Shown: piece after piece, positions 1-11,884 of the stretch
Layout: the number at the start of each line of letters is the position of its first letter
Position numbering within the stretch: position 1 is the first letter of the stretch
The notes under the pieces: generated by a model
Databases searched by the model: none
Told to the model about the DNA's origin: nothing
Seen by the model: the letters and a program-made list of their open reading frames with translations, nothing else
Position numbers and translations under genes: made by a program
Origin: Ginkgo biloba
Taxonomy: Eukaryota > Plantae > Ginkgophyta
Direction: 5' to 3'
DNA length: 24,304 nucleotides
Assembly: GCA_024626585.2 (NCBI GenBank)
Contig: JANKJI020000002.1
Coordinates: forward strand, 103,247,851 to 103,272,154

Positions 1-2204
1 TCTTTCAATGGTAGGCGCGACTGGGCTTTCTGGGTTGTATTGAATATGAGTTTCTTTTGCCAGTAAAGTCAGCAAGAGTAGGTAGAGCAGAGCAAGCAGG
101 TGGGTAGAGTATCATATTTTTTCATTATATGGGCATTTGTTTTATAAATAAAAACTGCTTAATATAATAGTGAATGCTACAGTCAAATATATTTGTTGGA
201 ACTGCTCCGACAGAGACCTTTGGTTTCTCACTTATATTTGTTGGCATTACTTCCCAAGTCATTTGNNNNNNNNNNNNNNNNNNNNNNNNNNNNNNNNNNN
301 NNNNNNNNNNNNNNNNNNNNNNGGGCACAAGATTGCTTGGATTTTTTGTTTGCTGTTCACTATTGGGCAACGGGAGTTGGTTAAACAATCAAGCAGTGTC
401 TCGTGTGGTTGGCAGGTACATCAAAAATGTTGTAAATCCTTTTCAGCTGGTAGTTGGCTAAATTGCACTGCATTTGGCTTTTCTTATTGCTTGCAATGTA
501 TGATAATTTCTTTTCATATGTATAATTGCCACCTAATTCTACAAGAAGAGGGAGCACAGTGCTGTGACGATCATTGATTGGAGAAATTGGAAGATAGACG
601 TTCACCGTAACATAAGTCACTGTAGAATATAGTTTGTTTCCTTTTTATTGTTGTATTAAACAAAAGGAAACACAATTTTACATTTTGCCACTAAATAACA
701 TTCAAAGCTGTAGAATTATGAGAACAGCAGGATTGGATTGTTGGTATTTTTATTTTTGCAATAAATGGCATATAAAAGAATGAACAAACAAATGGATTAA
801 GAGAAAACAAACATCATGATCCACATAAAGCAACCGGCCTTCTTCAATTCAATTAACATTGTAAGATTTCACTGAATGAAAACACAATTTCACAAATTTG
901 GAACGTCATAGGAGGCAAAGTCAGAAGAAACGAGTGAGCGGTCGTAGTCGTTGGGATGTTTTTTTTGGTGTGCATTAAAGCTTTTTTATTTAGTGTTTTT
1001 TCAATTCAATGATTGGATATTTCCTTGGGACAAGATTTTACATCTATAGTTTGTGTATTGATTGCCAGCTTCAAACATTCTTTTATAGTTTTTTGCGGCA
1101 TTCAAATGACTCTGAATTTTTTTTTGATGGTGAATTGATGAAGAAGAATAGATCATGAGAGAAATCTTTTAGTACACATTGCGACTATAGAAGAAAATAA
1201 TTCTTTTCACGTTGTATATAGTCTGGTCAGATCAATTGATATTCACGTCAGGGCCAAGTTTTTACAGAAGATAGTGATAGTTCAGATTACCCTAGAGGAG
1301 TAAACCAACTATATGTAGCATGTAGAGGGCCATGCATTGTTACACATCTTATGAGTGTAAGCTGCTGGAATTACGTTGAAAGTGGAATTTGGAATTTCAA
1401 ATTTTTTTGATAAATGCATGTGGAATTGCAATGCATTAATAAATCCCTTAGAAGGGTGCATTGGATGGAATAGCACAATGCAGATTTAGAGGTCAAAATT
1501 GGGGAGGGTTGGTATGTGCAAGTAAATTTCTGCATATGCCAAAAATTTATACCAAGAATCTCTCTTTTCTTTTTTTTGGTTGAAATGAGACTATTATATT
1601 AAAGAAAATTNNNNNNNNNNNNNNNNNNNNNNNNNNNNNNNNNNNNNNNNNNNNNNNNNNNNNNNNNNNNNNNNNNNNNNNNNNNNNNNNNNNNNNNNNN
1701 NNNGTCGTTAAAGTGGATGCTTATGGCCCACCATGATTAAGGGTTGATATTGTTACCCACTTGTGAATTATATAAAAACAGACTAATCATGATACAAAAT
1801 AGGCCTTGTGCTAACATTATTAATCGGTGATATCCAATAGGGTCCTCACATTATCTTGTCTATATCTTTGTCCATACCTTACATAATGAATGGAAGAATT
1901 CTTCAGAGCCCAGATACTTTTTGCTAAATTACTACGGAGGCAATGTGTTTTTAGCTTATTACTAGTCCGTACTTGAAAATTGCGAATGCATTTAATGTGT
2001 TTTTNNNNNNNNNNNNNNNNNNNNNNNNNNNNNNNNNNNNGCATTTAATGTAGGATATATAAAGATGGTATGGATAGTGTTCTTGAATTATTTTTATAAT
2101 ATGATATTAAATATGTTGGAATAATTTAATCATTTTATCATTAATTTTTTTCGTAAATGACAAAGTAGTTGGATTGACCTGACTTAAATGAATGCATAAT
2201 TTTT

Positions 2205-3987
2205 TAACAAATGAGGGGTGGTTGAACACGCCAACGTTTTTAGTATCATGGCATAGTANNNNNNNNNNNNNNNNNNNNNNNNNNNNNNNNNNNNNNNNNN
2301 NNNNNNNNNNNNNNNNNNNNNNNNNNNNNNNNNNNNNNNNNNNNNNNNNNNNNNNNNNNNNNNNNNNNNNNNNNNNNNNNATTAAAATTATAAAAAAATG
2401 GTAAATTTTTTAGAAGAATTTAGCTTATTTGCGAATCTCATTTTTAAAAATTTTGAAAAAAAATAGCCAATTGGCTATATATAGCCACTAGGATTTTCCT
2501 TGAAATAAACACACAAATCTATAAAGTTTTGTATTAAATACTTCAATGATTTAATAATATTATAAAGACATAATTTATTCAAATTAATTCATAATTTTAT
2601 TCATTAACAAATAAGGGGATGTTTGGACAAGCTAATTACTACAAAATAATGATCAATAAATCTTTATTCATTACTTACTTTATAATGATTTATGTTTTAA
2701 ATAAATACCATCTATCAAATAAAGACAAATATTTATAAAATTTTGTATTAAATACTTTAGTGATTTAATAATATTATTAAAGGCATACTTTAATCAAATT
2801 AATTCATAATTTTACTCACTAACAAATGAGAGGGTGGTCAAACATACCAATTATTACAAAATAATAATAAAAAAATCTTTATTTATTACTTACTTTATAA
2901 TGATTTATATGTTTTAGATAAATATCATCTATTTGATAAAGACAAAGCTTATAGTAATTTATAATTTTGCATTCAACACCTTAGTAATTTAAGAATATTA
3001 TTGAAGACATACTTTAATCAAAGTAATTCATAATTTTATTCATTAATAAATGAGGGAGTGATTGAACATGCAAATATTTTTAGTATTATAGTATATGAGT
3101 CTTATATCCATGTAAATAATTGTCATGATTATGTAATTTTCAATAATCACATTCGGTAAACATGTATATATAGGAAAAGGTGGCAAAGATTTTTTTAAGT
3201 AGGGGTTCTATAATTTGAGGAAACCATATGCATACTCTTTGAAGCTATTCACCCCAATATCAAAGCCCTAAGTTATCTCTAAACATTGCTAGTAACAAAT
3301 ATTTTCCACATTTATTTTAGAATGGATTATACAAAGCTCTTCATAATGAAGAAACAAGTCCTTGGTGTCATAGGTTGATGCAATTGTAATATTGAGCATC
3401 TTATAGGGTTGTAACAATGCAAATAAATGTGGAGAAAGGGTCGTGGAAGGATTGTACAATTTTTGTTTTTTTTAAAGAAATTACTTATGGCAAATAATTT
3501 TTCTCTCATCAGGATTCCAATCCATCTCTAGTGTTTGTCCCCTATTTTTGGATCATCTTGCCCCATTCCTTCTCTCTCATCCTATCCTTTCCTTCATNNN
3601 NNNNNNNNNNNNNNNNNNNNNNNNNNNNNNNNNNNNNNNNNNNNNNNNNNNNNNNNNNNNNNNNNNNNNNNNNNNNNNNNNNNNNNNNNNNNNNNNNTAT
3701 GTAGATATATATTCTCATTAATGTATTAATATTAAATATTATTTGTAACAATTGTCACTAATTTTATTTAACTTTACATTCTTTTAATAATTTTTATATG
3801 AATTTTTCATTAATTAATAAAATAATGATTGAATGACATAAATAAATCCATATGTTAATTTTTATTAATGAATGTGTTATGAAATGAGCCCTTTTTGTTT
3901 TGATATGTTAGATTTTTTTTTCTTATTAATAAAGGTGTTTTTTCATACTAATGAGCGCTGGTCGATCGAACATGCCATTTTTTTAGT
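2205..3987 (+). mobile_element. Probable non-autonomous Helitron remnants with three 3' termini (ending ~2243, ~3083, ~3986)
   Basis: A GC-rich imperfect palindrome (ggggtggttgaacacgcc 2215-2232; variants at ~3055 and ~3955) ends ~10-11 nt before TTAG|T. This fits a Helitron hairpin plus a CTAG end deaminated to TTAG. No Rep/helicase seen. Confidence 0.5.
2515..3085. repeat. AT-rich tandem repeat, ~215-225 bp unit, ~2.6 copies
   Basis: ttttgtattaaatactt...gatttaataatatt recurs at ~2527, ~2741 and ~2965. aattcataatttta...aa(c/t)aaat(a/g)ag(g/a)g recurs at ~2586, ~2801 and ~3025. Confidence 0.88.
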
Positions 3988-4500
3988 ATATAGATATATA
4001 CTAAAAAAATATCACATTTGGTAAACATATATACACCAAAAATATTGTAGAGGTTTTTTTTAAGTAGGTGATCCATAATTTGGAGAAACCATATGCATAC
4101 TCCTCTAAATTGTTTGCCCCAACATCAAAGCCCTCGATTATCTTTGGACCTTGGTTGTGACAAATAATTGTCATGTTTGATCTAGAATGGATTCGACAAA
4201 GCTTCTCATAATGAAGAAATAGGTCTTCATTGTCATAGGCCAAAGCAATTGTAATATAAGGGATCTTATGGGGTTTTAACATTATAAATGAATATGGAAG
4301 ACGGGTTATGGAAGGACCATCAAATGCTTATTTTTTCAAGAAAATGATCTATGGTAAATAATTCTCCTCTCATCTCGTTTCCAACACATCTTTCGTCTCT
4401 AATGTCCCATTCCCTCTCTCTTATTTATATCCTGTCCCCCACCTCTTATCTTATTCTTGTCTTGTCTGCCATCTCCTTCCCATCTCTAGTTTTGTTCCCA
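3146..4500. repeat. Diverged direct duplication of a ~370-400 bp segment (3146-~3540 vs 4011-~4375, tail ~4480-4500), offset 865 bp
   Basis: Shared colinear blocks: atcacatt(c/t)ggtaaacat, gaaaccatatgcatactc, atcaaagccct, tagaatggatt, tcataatgaagaaa, gcaattgtaatat, ctctcatc. Confidence 0.9.
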
Positions 4501-4867
4501 TGTCGTTTTATTCATGTTCACCCCCTTGATTTTTGTCTCTTATCTTGTTCCTGTGTATCATCTTTATTCCCATCTTCCCTCTAGTCAAACACTTATTTTT
4601 TGGTAAAAATCAATGACAAATAATTATTGCATGTCAAATCTACATTAATACATTTAATCTTAATATTCATATATTTTGACTAATTTTTATTTAAAAAAAA
4701 AAAAAGAATATGATGATTTATTTTACATTTATTATTTTTTTGTTGTNNNNNNNNNNNNNNNNNNNNNNNNNNNNNNNNNNNNNNNNNNNNNNNNNNNNNN
4801 NNNNNNNNNNNNNNNNNNNNNNNNNNNNNNNNNNNNNNNNNNNNNNACTAATATTAATCTTAGTGCT

Positions 4868-4995
4868 AGATTCATCCATCTCTTTAATAAAAATATCTCT
4901 CTCCTTGATGATGGAATCCCTCTCCTTAATAAGAGTACCCCTCTCTCTAATGATGGTTTCCTTATTTATGATAGTGGAATTCATCTTCTCCATTG
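4868..4995 (-). repeat. Degenerate 21-bp tandem repeat encoding coiled-coil heptads in a decayed ORF, probably TE-borne
   Basis: Minus ORF 4718..5023 reads IINKETIIRERGTLIKERDSIIKERDIFIKEMD with 7-residue periodicity. Upstream the same frame contains stops. Confidence 0.65.
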
Positions 4996-5469
4996 CCTGA
5001 GATATAGTTACATCTTTATACATATTTATCTAGGATACCTAAGATGGATCAATTTATGATGGGATACCTCTATAAATAACTATGCCACTAGAAGGTAAAA
5101 CCCTAAAAACATCTCTAGAAATAACCCATACTCCCTCTTTAATAAAATTCCATGATCCCTAAGTTTCCTTAAGGGTTTAAACACACACCAAATCATATAA
5201 TCTAAGTCTAAATATAGGTGGTGGTGGTGGAATTTCTTTCAACCTATGGAAACTCTCTATATAGTCATACTATCCACCCCCTTTATATCTATGATAATGT
5301 TGATGACTATTGAGATCCACTCTACACTATAAGATAATATACACATATAACTTCTTGATAAAATATACCAAAATATGTAGGTGTGTGGGGTATGATAAAA
5401 AGTACAAAATAATATAGGATAAATCAATAATTGAAACACTAGATGAATGCAACTCATGATTGAAAAAGA

Positions 5470-5524
5470 AAGACTATGATAATGCGGACAATATTATAGA
5501 CTATGATAATGTGAACAATCTTAT
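5470..5524. repeat. Short tandem duplication, ~28 bp x2
   Basis: agactatgataatgcggacaatattat followed by agactatgataatgtgaacaatcttat. Confidence 0.8.
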
Positions 5525-6177
5525 CAATATTAAATCATGTCATATGACATAAGGCNNNNNNNNNNNNNNNNNNNGCAATATAATTCCATTGAGACCCTTC
5601 TCAAAACTCTATAGAAACTTATATGTATCATTATAATGTGCAATAAGAGTCTATAATGAGTCCCCATGATGTCACTAATACTAACTTAGATATGTACAAC
5701 TACACCTTAATGATTTAATTATACCATCAATCATATGTCGATAGTGATTTGGGGATATTGATACAAGTTGAATAATCTACATGGGATTATGATAAACATC
5801 AGTAATATCCTTTAATATACCTTATCATATACTATTGGCCCTTATTTCTTATCTTGTGTAGATTGTACTATGGTAATATAATCCCCTATAGTACCTTATG
5901 CATCAACATTGGGTGCTACAACCATATCTTGTGCCTCCTTACTTTTTCCTTGACCAAATATCTCACTAAATATAAACATGGGAGTGTCCTTGGATATGAT
6001 GATATTTTAAGCTTATGATAAATGGTTAATTAATTAAAATGTTATAATTAAAATTTTGGTAGCACTTCATTATAAATTCTTTACCTCACTATCACTTAAG
6101 GTTATGCCTCTCTTAGAAGTAAAAATGATCCCAAATAAAAAAATAGGGGTTTTTAAAGGGAAATTAGTTCTTAGGGT

Positions 6178-7037
6178 GACCTCGATCTAATTCTTCAAAT
6201 ATACCTCAATCAAGTTATTTAACACCTCAATTGAGGTATCAAAGACCTTAATTAAGGTGTCTTAGGAGCTTGATTGAGGTGCAATGACATATAAATTAAT
6301 AATGAAAGGACCTAATTGAGGTGATTGAATTACACTAAGATTTTCTATTAACCTTGGATAAATTTATCATGTATAATGACCTTAGTTGAGGCCTCTTAAT
6401 ACCTTAATATAGGTGTTAAATATCTCAATCGAGGTGATCCCTCATAGTAGGATCATAAGAATCCTCCTTCTGAAGATCTTCTAATTAAGGATGACCTTGA
6501 TCGAGGCATTAAATAATTCAATGAAGTTTATATAACATTAAATATCATGATAATCCTCCTTACAAAGATATAATCATTAAGGATGACTTTGATCAAGGTC
6601 TTTTGTAACACAAATTGGGGGTCTTTAGCTCAAAGNNNNNNNNNNNNNNNNNNNNNNNNNNNNNNNNNNNNNNNNNNNNNNNNNNNNNNNNNNNNNNNNN
6701 NNNNNNNNNNNNNNNNNNNNNNNNNNNNNNNNNNNACAAGGTGAAGCCCTTAATTAAGGCATAACCTTATTAATAGCCTTAAGAAATATTTGTTGATTGA
6801 TGGACCATGTTAAAAATACCTTAATTAAGGTAATTACCTTGAGTAGTAATCTCATCATACCTCAATTTAGGTATTACCCAATGATTAAGATTTTTGGAGG
6901 CTACCTTGATCGATGTATTCCTTATTCTGAGCCTGATTTTTTATGACCTCAATCGAGGTCTTAATGCTAATTCTAGAAATTTTTAAATCCTAGCATGAGA
7001 CCTTAATCAAAGTCTCTAGGAGGACCTCAATTAAGGT
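6178..7037. repeat. Array of ~18 decayed copies of the 14-bp palindrome ACCTCGATCGAGGT
   Basis: Copies start at about 6179, 6203, 6224, 6245, 6267, 6309, 6379, 6401, 6422, 6494, 6586, 6747, 6818, 6859, 6903, 6946, 7000 and 7024 (e.g. acctcaatcgaggt, accttgatcgaggc, accttaattaaggt). Confidence 0.85.
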
Positions 7038-8464
7038 ATTTCCTTGAAAAATGTACCATGTTATATTTTCCAAAAAAGTGGTCATCTGATCTTGTGACCA
7101 CCTTATACTTTTATTCTACGTATTTATTATCCCTTCTTATTAGGAGGGATATTGAATTCATATCTTTTGAAGGATTCATATCAATGGAATATTACTAATC
7201 TATAATCCCATTCTTAATTTTTTGTTTAAATTTTATGTTAAAAGAGGTAAGGGACTCATCACCACATGGTTCTTATTTCATTGTTATAATTTCTCCATTT
7301 GAATTTTATACTCAATTTCTATTCTCATAAACTTAGCAAAGGTAATATAAATTTCAATATTCCCCTCATTTTTTAAATGGTACAAACTTGATTTGACAAC
7401 TTAATGACAACCTTTATACACAAAATAAATCATCACCCATTAAGTAAGATACCTTCTATCTATGACTTGAATTCTAGTCTTTCAAGTTCCTCTTGCTAGT
7501 GACATGTGAGGTGCTCATCAAGATAACTTGTTTGAGGTAACAAAAATAATTTCTTTTCAATCTTAGAGTTGCACTTGTATCTATAAATGGTTTAAACTGA
7601 ATTATTAAAATATATCCTTATGTATCTCATTCAAGTTAGTTGCATCTTGTGTGATAGAAAATATAAAATATAAAATCTAATTTAAATAGACTTGAATATT
7701 TCTATATTTAGATTTTTTTTCTTGGACAATTAAACTTATAAAAAAATATGCACATATAAGAATATAATGTCTATGATCTAAAACTTTATATCTATATAGT
7801 GGAAATATTTTTTACAATAGTTAATTCTTTCCCTTCNNNNNNNNNNNNNNNNNNNNNNNNNNNNNNNNNNNNNNNNNNNNNNNNNNNNNNNNNNNNNNNN
7901 NNNNNNNNNNNNNNNNNNNNNNNNNNNNNNNNNNNNCATCAATAAGTATCTATAGATATATATGTTCAGAGACAAATTGATATAGATAAAAAGAAATTTG
8001 TTACATCAAAATGGCCCTTTTAATATCAATGTGTCAATTGAGTTATGTGGTATCTTCTCCTTTCAAAATAAATTTTGTCTAAACTTCATGACTTGTTGTA
8101 TGGACTTCTGATTGTGTTGATCTTATTTATCTTAGATGGAGAATTCAAATCATCTTACATACATATTTTAAAGTTAAAGGGTTCCTCTCACACACATATG
8201 AATAAATAAAATATTTATCTATAGATTTTAGGATAGAATATATGAAGATCTCTTTTTTCCTTACCAAAATATTTTGTGTATAATAAGTATTCTTCAATCA
8301 CTTAAAAGATAAATTATATCAGAACATTCATGAATTTCTATGATTCTATCTCTCCAAGGAGTTTTATCACAACTTAAAGAACTTATATAATAAATTATAC
8401 CCTAGTACAAAATTAGACATAGAATAAAAATAACACCCTTGCATATGCATATGATTTTAATAAA

Positions 8465-10381
8465 TGCCTCAAAATAGGAGAAAAATTTAACATATAAGTC
8501 TTTTAGGACTATTCAAAATTAAAAGTTTGTATATTTTAGACATAAGATAAGTATGCAAATTATCTCACATTTAATAAATAAAATACAAAATTATCCTCAG
8601 ACCAAAAATTTTTAACCCCTTTAAGACTTAACTCCTCTTAATTCTAGGTCCATATTTTCTCTCCTCCAAGTGCTTATCCCACTTTAGCTTATCAATATGC
8701 TCATCAAGTATGATTAGTGCTATTATTAACTCTTAAATTAATCATATACAAGAAATAATAGGAACTAAAACTAACCTAAAAATATGTATTTAATTAATGT
8801 AGTGATTATTGTTTAGTATATCACATCATACCCTTCCTAGTAGTAATCCATGACCTACATTGATCTTTACACTAAGCCATCTTAATTAAATGAATAATTT
8901 ATTTAAGAGGGCCTATATATTGTCAATAGTTTAAATTATTTATTTTAATATGTTTCTTACTTAGACACCAAATCAAAAATCAAAATCTCATAGTCGACTA
9001 AACTGCATTATGAGTTGTGATCTCAACATCAAACATGGATCACATTGATATTTTTATAAATCTCTTCAATGGTGTGGGGAGTATGTAGTTATCATATTTC
9101 TTTGAGTTATAGGAATCCTAATNNNNNNNNNNNNNNNNNNNNNNNNNNNNNNNNNNNNNNNNNNNNNNNNNNNNNNNNNNNNNNNNNNNNNNNNNNNNNN
9201 NNNNNNNNNNNNNNNNNNNNNNNNNNNNNNNNNNNNNNNNNNNNNNNNNNNNNNNNNNNNNNNNNNNNNNNNNNNNNNNNNNNNNNNNNNNNNNNNNNNN
9301 NNNNNNNNNNNNNNNNNNNNNNNNNNNNNNNNNNNNNNNNNNNNNNNNNNNNNNNNNNNNNNNNNNNNNNNNNNNNNNNNNNNNNNNNNNNNNNNNNNNN
9401 NNNNNNNNNNNNNNNNNNAGAAAAGGAAACTATACTCACAGTAATTTTTTAAGATGATAAATATAGTTGTATTAAATCAAACACAAAGATACCTTTATCA
9501 TAATAATAAAATATAATAATAAGTAAATGAAATAGGCATCCAAGGCTCCAATTACTATCTGCTTATATGGAGGAACGATGAAGATTTGGTCAAATATTCA
9601 TAGTCCAAAATTTATTTTCTTACATATAGTGGCCTAGTGGAAATTTGCCTATCAAACCAAGACCAATAATAAAATGCAACATCAAATATAAATCCCTTGT
9701 GAGATGAATAAAAGATACAAAATATGGAAGAAACTACATGGATCATAGTGGCTATAACTTTGCTAATGGTAGTTGCCCTCTTTATCATATAAAGGAAACA
9801 AACTATACAATGGAAGAAAGCACATGGGATTACACTTGCCTCCATGCAATTTCCATTGCTTGGAGAGTCTCTCTAGTACTTTCTTTCATCAGATAAGTTT
9901 GTGGATGATCGTTGAAATTTGTAAGTAATTGCTTATAATTATCATATTATTTTCATCTTTTTTAGATGTGGTGTCTTAAACATATATTTTTTTTTATAAC
10001 TTGACAATATACTTGAGTAAATTATTTCTAATATTTATGAATTTATGTTGAATATGACACAAGTATGGGAATATATTTAGTACGACTCTATTAGGAGATC
10101 CTACAATCATCTGTACTAATCTAGAGGTTAATAAATTTTTACTATAAAATAATCAGTTGTTCACTGTACGATATCCACCTTTTACTAAACAACTAATGGG
10201 AAAGTGGAACATGGCCTTAACCCATGGAAAAATCGATAAGAAACTGTGTAGTGGATTTGATTTTTTTTATTGCCACTACACTTAAAGACTGCCTTCTCAC
10301 TCGAATTAAAAATGTTATCATTTTCAAACTTCAAAGCTGGTGGGATTAAGAATTATGAATGTTCTTGATAAAACTCAAGAT
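8465..10381 (+). repeat. ~1.9-kb segmental direct duplication, copy 1 (partner ~13765-15738): upstream region plus P450 exons 1-2
   Basis: Colinear shared blocks such as aaataggaga..., ccctttaagacttaactcctctta, tcacatcatacccttc, tttatttaagagggcctatatattgtcaata, cattatgagttgtgatctcaacat and agtggcctagtggaaat occur in both 8470-9660 and 13770-14955. Confidence 0.92.
9724..10381 (+). pseudogene. Truncated P450 pseudogene, copy A (exon 1 9724-9920, exon 2 10063-10381)
   Basis: Translates MEETTWIIVAITLLMVVALFII*RKQ...FPLLGESL*YFLSSDKFVDDR* / YGNIFSTTLLGDPTIICTNLEVNKFLL*N..., colinear with copy C. GTAAGT donor at 9921, acceptor mutated to cacAA, intron 2 donor GTGGGT at 10382. Several stops. Cut at ~10457 by an LTR. 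Confidence 0.92.
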
Positions 10382-10457
10382 GTGGGTTTAATTTTTAATA
10401 ATTTTATTATTAGGAAACTTTTTCATGATTTTTTAAAGTTTAATAAGTAGTGTTTTG

Positions 10458-11019
10458 TGTTATATTTATTCACTTATGTCTTTAATAAATACTTATAGTT
10501 GAGATGAAATTAAACCAATAAAAAAAATATGCAAGTAAGTTTTTGTCATCTAATAGAATTCTTTTAAGTTGCAAGCAAGTTTTTGTCAATTGACAAAAAA
10601 TTGTCCACACATAAAAGGCAAGTAGTTGATCGCAAGTGACTTTGCCTTTAACAGTCTAACATTTACTTACAGTAGGTATGCAAGTGATAATAGTGCATTA
10701 CACACATAGTAAACAAGAACAAAGAAAAGCACAAATCATAGTAGAGAGAAGTGGATAGAATCAACCTTTTTCCTTTTTAATAAGCACATGCATACATTAT
10801 AATGTACATATACATACATATATACATACATACATACATATATATATATGTACAACATAAAATCACAATAGCTCATGAGATTATAGTTACAAATTCAACC
10901 ATTGAGAAAATAAATCATTTTAATTTTGTAGGTGAATCATTTCATTTCAGCAGTCGAATCAATTCATTTATATAGTTGAATTACTTTCTATACACTCATA
11001 AATTGCTATATTTATAACA
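10458..11019 (-). repeat. Copia long terminal repeat (~562 bp)
   Basis: Bounded by a perfect 7-bp inverted repeat TGTTATA (10458-10464)...TATAACA (11013-11019). It is adjacent to the PPT and begins where A/B intron-2 homology stops. The partner LTR and TSD are not visible. Confidence 0.75.
10803..10852. repeat. (TACA)n/(TA)n microsatellite inside the copia LTR
   Basis: tacatatacatacatatatacatacatacatacatatatatatatgtaca read directly. Confidence 0.9.
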
Positions 11020-11727
11020 CTCCTACTTAATCAAGTGTTTACTGATCTAACTTCTCACTTGCAGACTACATGCAGGTAAATTCTACAAGTGACTTAATTG
11101 TAGCCTATGTGAGGGTAACTTTTCACTTGCACCTTGTATGTAAGTAACTTCTCATTTGAAGCACGTGACACTTGGATAATGTATTGTCATCCATCATAAT
11201 TCATCTTGAAGGATCCCTTATAAAAATTTAAACTTATCCCTTACAAGATCCTTCATTAATACATGAGAAACCATCTTTCTAGTTTCATAAAACTCCATCT
11301 ATAAAATTCCCTTCTCAACCTATTCTTGAATGAAGTAATATTGTAGCTCAATATGCTTTTCTTTGGCATGGATTCTTGGATTCTTCATCATTACAATGCA
11401 ACTCTGACTATCATAATTTATTACTAGAAAATTGAGTTGATACACACCAACACTCTCCTACAATCTCCTCATCTAGATCATCTATTTAGTCTAATAACTT
11501 GTAGAGATATATTTATCCTTAGAAATAGACAAATAAATGGTTTTATTCCTTTTACTTACTTACTAAACTATCCCACCAGCTACTTTGAAGTAGTACCCAA
11601 ATGTTGATCTATGATCATCCACATCCCNNNNNNNNNNNNNNNNNNNNNNNNNNNNNNNNNNNNNNNNNNNNNNNNNNNNNNNNNNNNNNNNNNNNNNNNN
11701 NNNNNNNNNNNNNNNNNNNNNNNNNNN

Positions 11728-11840
11728 CATCTTGTATGCAAGGTGAAGAAAGCACTTTATGGTTTAAAGCAATAACCAAGGGAACAATACGAGAAGATAG
11801 ATACTTTATTTAGAATTGTAAGATTAGTGATAAGTAGTTA
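11728..11840 (+). mobile_element. Ty1/copia reverse transcriptase fragment
   Basis: Plus translation HLVCKVKKALYGLKQ*PREQYEKID matches the copia RT motif VCxLxKALYGLKQxPRxW. Confidence 0.88.
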
Positions 11841-11884
11841 ATATAATTTGGAATTGGAAGGAAAAATAGCTCTGGATTGATTAC

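Larger units (their letters stand above)
10458..11627 (-). mobile_element. Ty1/copia LTR retrotransposon 3' part: degenerate RNase H (~11627-11218), PPT (~11030-11020), 3' LTR (11019-10458)
   Basis: Minus translation DVDDHRSTFGYYFKVAGGIV**VSKRNKTIYLS...YDSQSCIVMMKNPRIHAKEKHIELQYYFIQE*VEKG matches the copia RNase H pattern (DDRRSTSGY...SWxSKKQ...DNQSAI...NPxxHxRTKHI). Purine tract ttaagtaggag lies directly before TG. The element runs into the N gap. Confidence 0.9.

Noticed and set aside
1-1550. Possible exons or UTR of a neighbouring gene (less AT-rich, some CpGs, splice-like sites)
   Set aside because: No recognisable protein motif or consistent exon chain. The short ORFs are inflated by Ns.
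6178-7037. CRISPR-like repeat-spacer array
   Set aside because: Repeats are only 14 bp and degenerate, spacers are short or irregular, there are no cas genes, and the context is plant TE sequence.
7230-7370. Chromodomain-like EYKIQ/WRNY...W on the minus strand
   Set aside because: It needs a frameshift and matches too few residues to support.
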